Source of the DNA: Gammaproteobacteria bacterium | Lineage (GTDB): Bacteria; Pseudomonadota; Gammaproteobacteria; Ga0077536 | Reading direction: 5' to 3' | DNA: 64,000 bases | Assembly: GCA_963662545.2 (NCBI GenBank) | Contig: CAXXLL010000002.1 | Location: 672,001-736,000 of the forward strand | In this document: positions 62,678 to 64,000 of the stretch, piece after piece | Numbering within the stretch: the stretch's first letter is position 1 | How the letters are laid out: each line of letters opens with the position of its first letter | The notes under the pieces: model-generated | Told to the model about the DNA's origin: nothing | Database searches by the model: none | Seen by the model: only the letters and a program-made list of their open reading frames with translations | Translations under genes and position numbers: made by a program

Positions 62678-63955
62678 TTAGAAGAACACAAAGGATCGCA
62701 CGACAACGTTTTTGCGGCAGGGAGCGTCGTTGGGCGCGGTCGTGTCGACACAGGCCGTGTGGAAGGACCAGCGCGAGACGGAGCCGTCGGTGACGGAGTC
62801 GTAGCACTTGAGCATCGAGACCTCGGTGGGCTTTTGCTGCGGAAGCCAGTACCACTCGTGGTCGGGCCTGTAGGTGAAGCGAGTAGTCTCGCCAACGCGG
62901 TCGTCGTAGACGCGATAGCTGGTGATGTAGGGCTGGTCGGCGAACGAGGGCCAGGCGCAGAGCACGAAGGGGTTCTGACGCACGGTTTCCATCGGCTTGG
63001 CAAGATTGATCGACATGAACCGCCGCGACATCTTCGCGTCGGCCTGCTCTTCCGTATAGTGCTGTTCGCGCCCGAAGTTCCGCAGGTTTCTCGTAAGGAG
63101 CTCGCGGCAGCGGACACGGCCGCTGTTGTCGTTCAGGTCGTTGTGTACGATGTTGGCGTAGAAGTTGTTCACGCCCGGATTCTTGTTATCCTGGTCCTCC
63201 GTGCGGTCGCCCGCATAGTCCTTGTCAAACACGTCGTGGTTGTACACGAGCGCATCCGTCGCGCCCGGGAAGAATTCCAAGAGGAGCTTTTCCATCTCGG
63301 GATAGAACACCCGCTCCACCTCGGCAGCGTCGTAGAAGTTCTCGCACTTGGACTCGCAGTGCGCCAACGAGACTCCGAGCTTGTCCATGCACTCGGGGCT
63401 ATAGGGCGAGAGGCCAGGGTAGTACTCCTCGATTCGTCGCGCGTCGCGCATCACCTGCGGGAAATAGAGGCGTCGCCGCTCGATGTCTTCCTCTTCCTTA
63501 CGCAACGCGTTGGCCTCGGCGTCGCGCGCGTGGTCGCGCCAGAATGCGTTGGACGTGACGATGGTGTAGGACGGCCGCTCGTGGATGGTGTAGCGAAGCG
63601 GAACCGCCAGACCGCCTTCAGGGGATTCGATGGCGCTCGCCCGAATATGTTCCACGCACTCCGAGTAGGTCCGAAATCCGACGCCCCACTTGGTCTCGAT
63701 GGGGCCGGGGGGAGCGTTGTCGAGCATGTCGATGATTGCCTGCCCCTCCCCCTCGGCAATCTGGAGGAGCGCCGCCTCTGTCGCCGCCGCCGTTCCCGCA
63801 TCGCCATCCTGATCGAACGACATGTAGGACAAGCCTCCGTTCGCGGCGATGGGCGGTGGCTGCCCTTCTGTGAGTTCGAGGGGAGGCACATAGGCCGATG
63901 AAACTGCCTCCGTATCTGCCGCGACGTGGTTCGTCATGTCTTTGAGCTGGTCCAT
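62678..63955 (-). CDS. CmcJ/NvfI (AsaB-like) family oxidoreductase
   Basis: VHND, INLAKP, YRPDHEWYWLPQQKPTEV..LKCYDS, FHTAC, RKNVVVR; start uncertain. Confidence 0.72.
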   Translation of the reverse strand: MDQLKDMTNHVAADTEAVSSAYVPPLELTEGQPPPIAANGGLSYMSFDQDGDAGTAAATEAALLQIAEGEGQAIIDMLDNAPPGPIETKWGVGFRTYSECVEHIRASAIESPEGGLAVPLRYTIHERPSYTIVTSNAFWRDHARDAEANALRKEEEDIERRRLYFPQVMRDARRIEEYYPGLSPYSPECMDKLGVSLAHCESKCENFYDAAEVERVFYPEMEKLLLEFFPGATDALVYNHDVFDKDYAGDRTEDQDNKNPGVNNFYANIVHNDLNDNSGRVRCRELLTRNLRNFGREQHYTEEQADAKMSRRFMSINLAKPMETVRQNPFVLCAWPSFADQPYITSYRVYDDRVGETTRFTYRPDHEWYWLPQQKPTEVSMLKCYDSVTDGSVSRWSFHTACVDTTAPNDAPCRKNVVVRSFVFF

Positions 63956-64000
63956 TACATGCACCCGATTAGATAGACCCCATCTTGGCACACGAGACTT

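Noticed and set aside
62219-63901. 560-aa plus-strand ORF
   Set aside because: Antisense shadow of the CmcJ-like gene with no recognisable motifs.

Overview
Proteobacterial-type accessory region (probably gammaproteobacterial; inference) with no rRNA, tRNA or CRISPR. It holds about 35 unrelated cargo genes on both strands, many gene fragments, and many IS elements (four IS1182, two IS3 plus an end remnant, ISL3, ISNCY, IS630, IS91 relics, IS30 and IS21 ends) plus five ~160-bp MITEs. The cargo includes oxidoreductases, sulfur enzymes, transporters, hflKC, an MltD-like protein and RidA proteins. The organising feature is a ~140-bp non-coding element seen 22 times, always on the + strand. It consists of three imperfect 24-25-bp palindromic boxes at a 58-59-bp period. 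It splits the window into segments of mostly 1-4 kb that look like raw pieces of other chromosomes: intact genes plus neighbours cut off at or near the repeat. It is not attC, REP or CRISPR, and no recombinase is encoded in the window, so it is a candidate undescribed integron-like gene-capture array. The box loops (GGTC/GGCC) are the insertion targets of all IS1182 copies and MITEs. Separately, a MerB-like gene has an in-frame UGA at a conserved Cys position followed by an fdhF-like SECIS hairpin, so it is a probable selenoprotein. All calls were made by eye, and repeat boundaries are approximate to a few bp.
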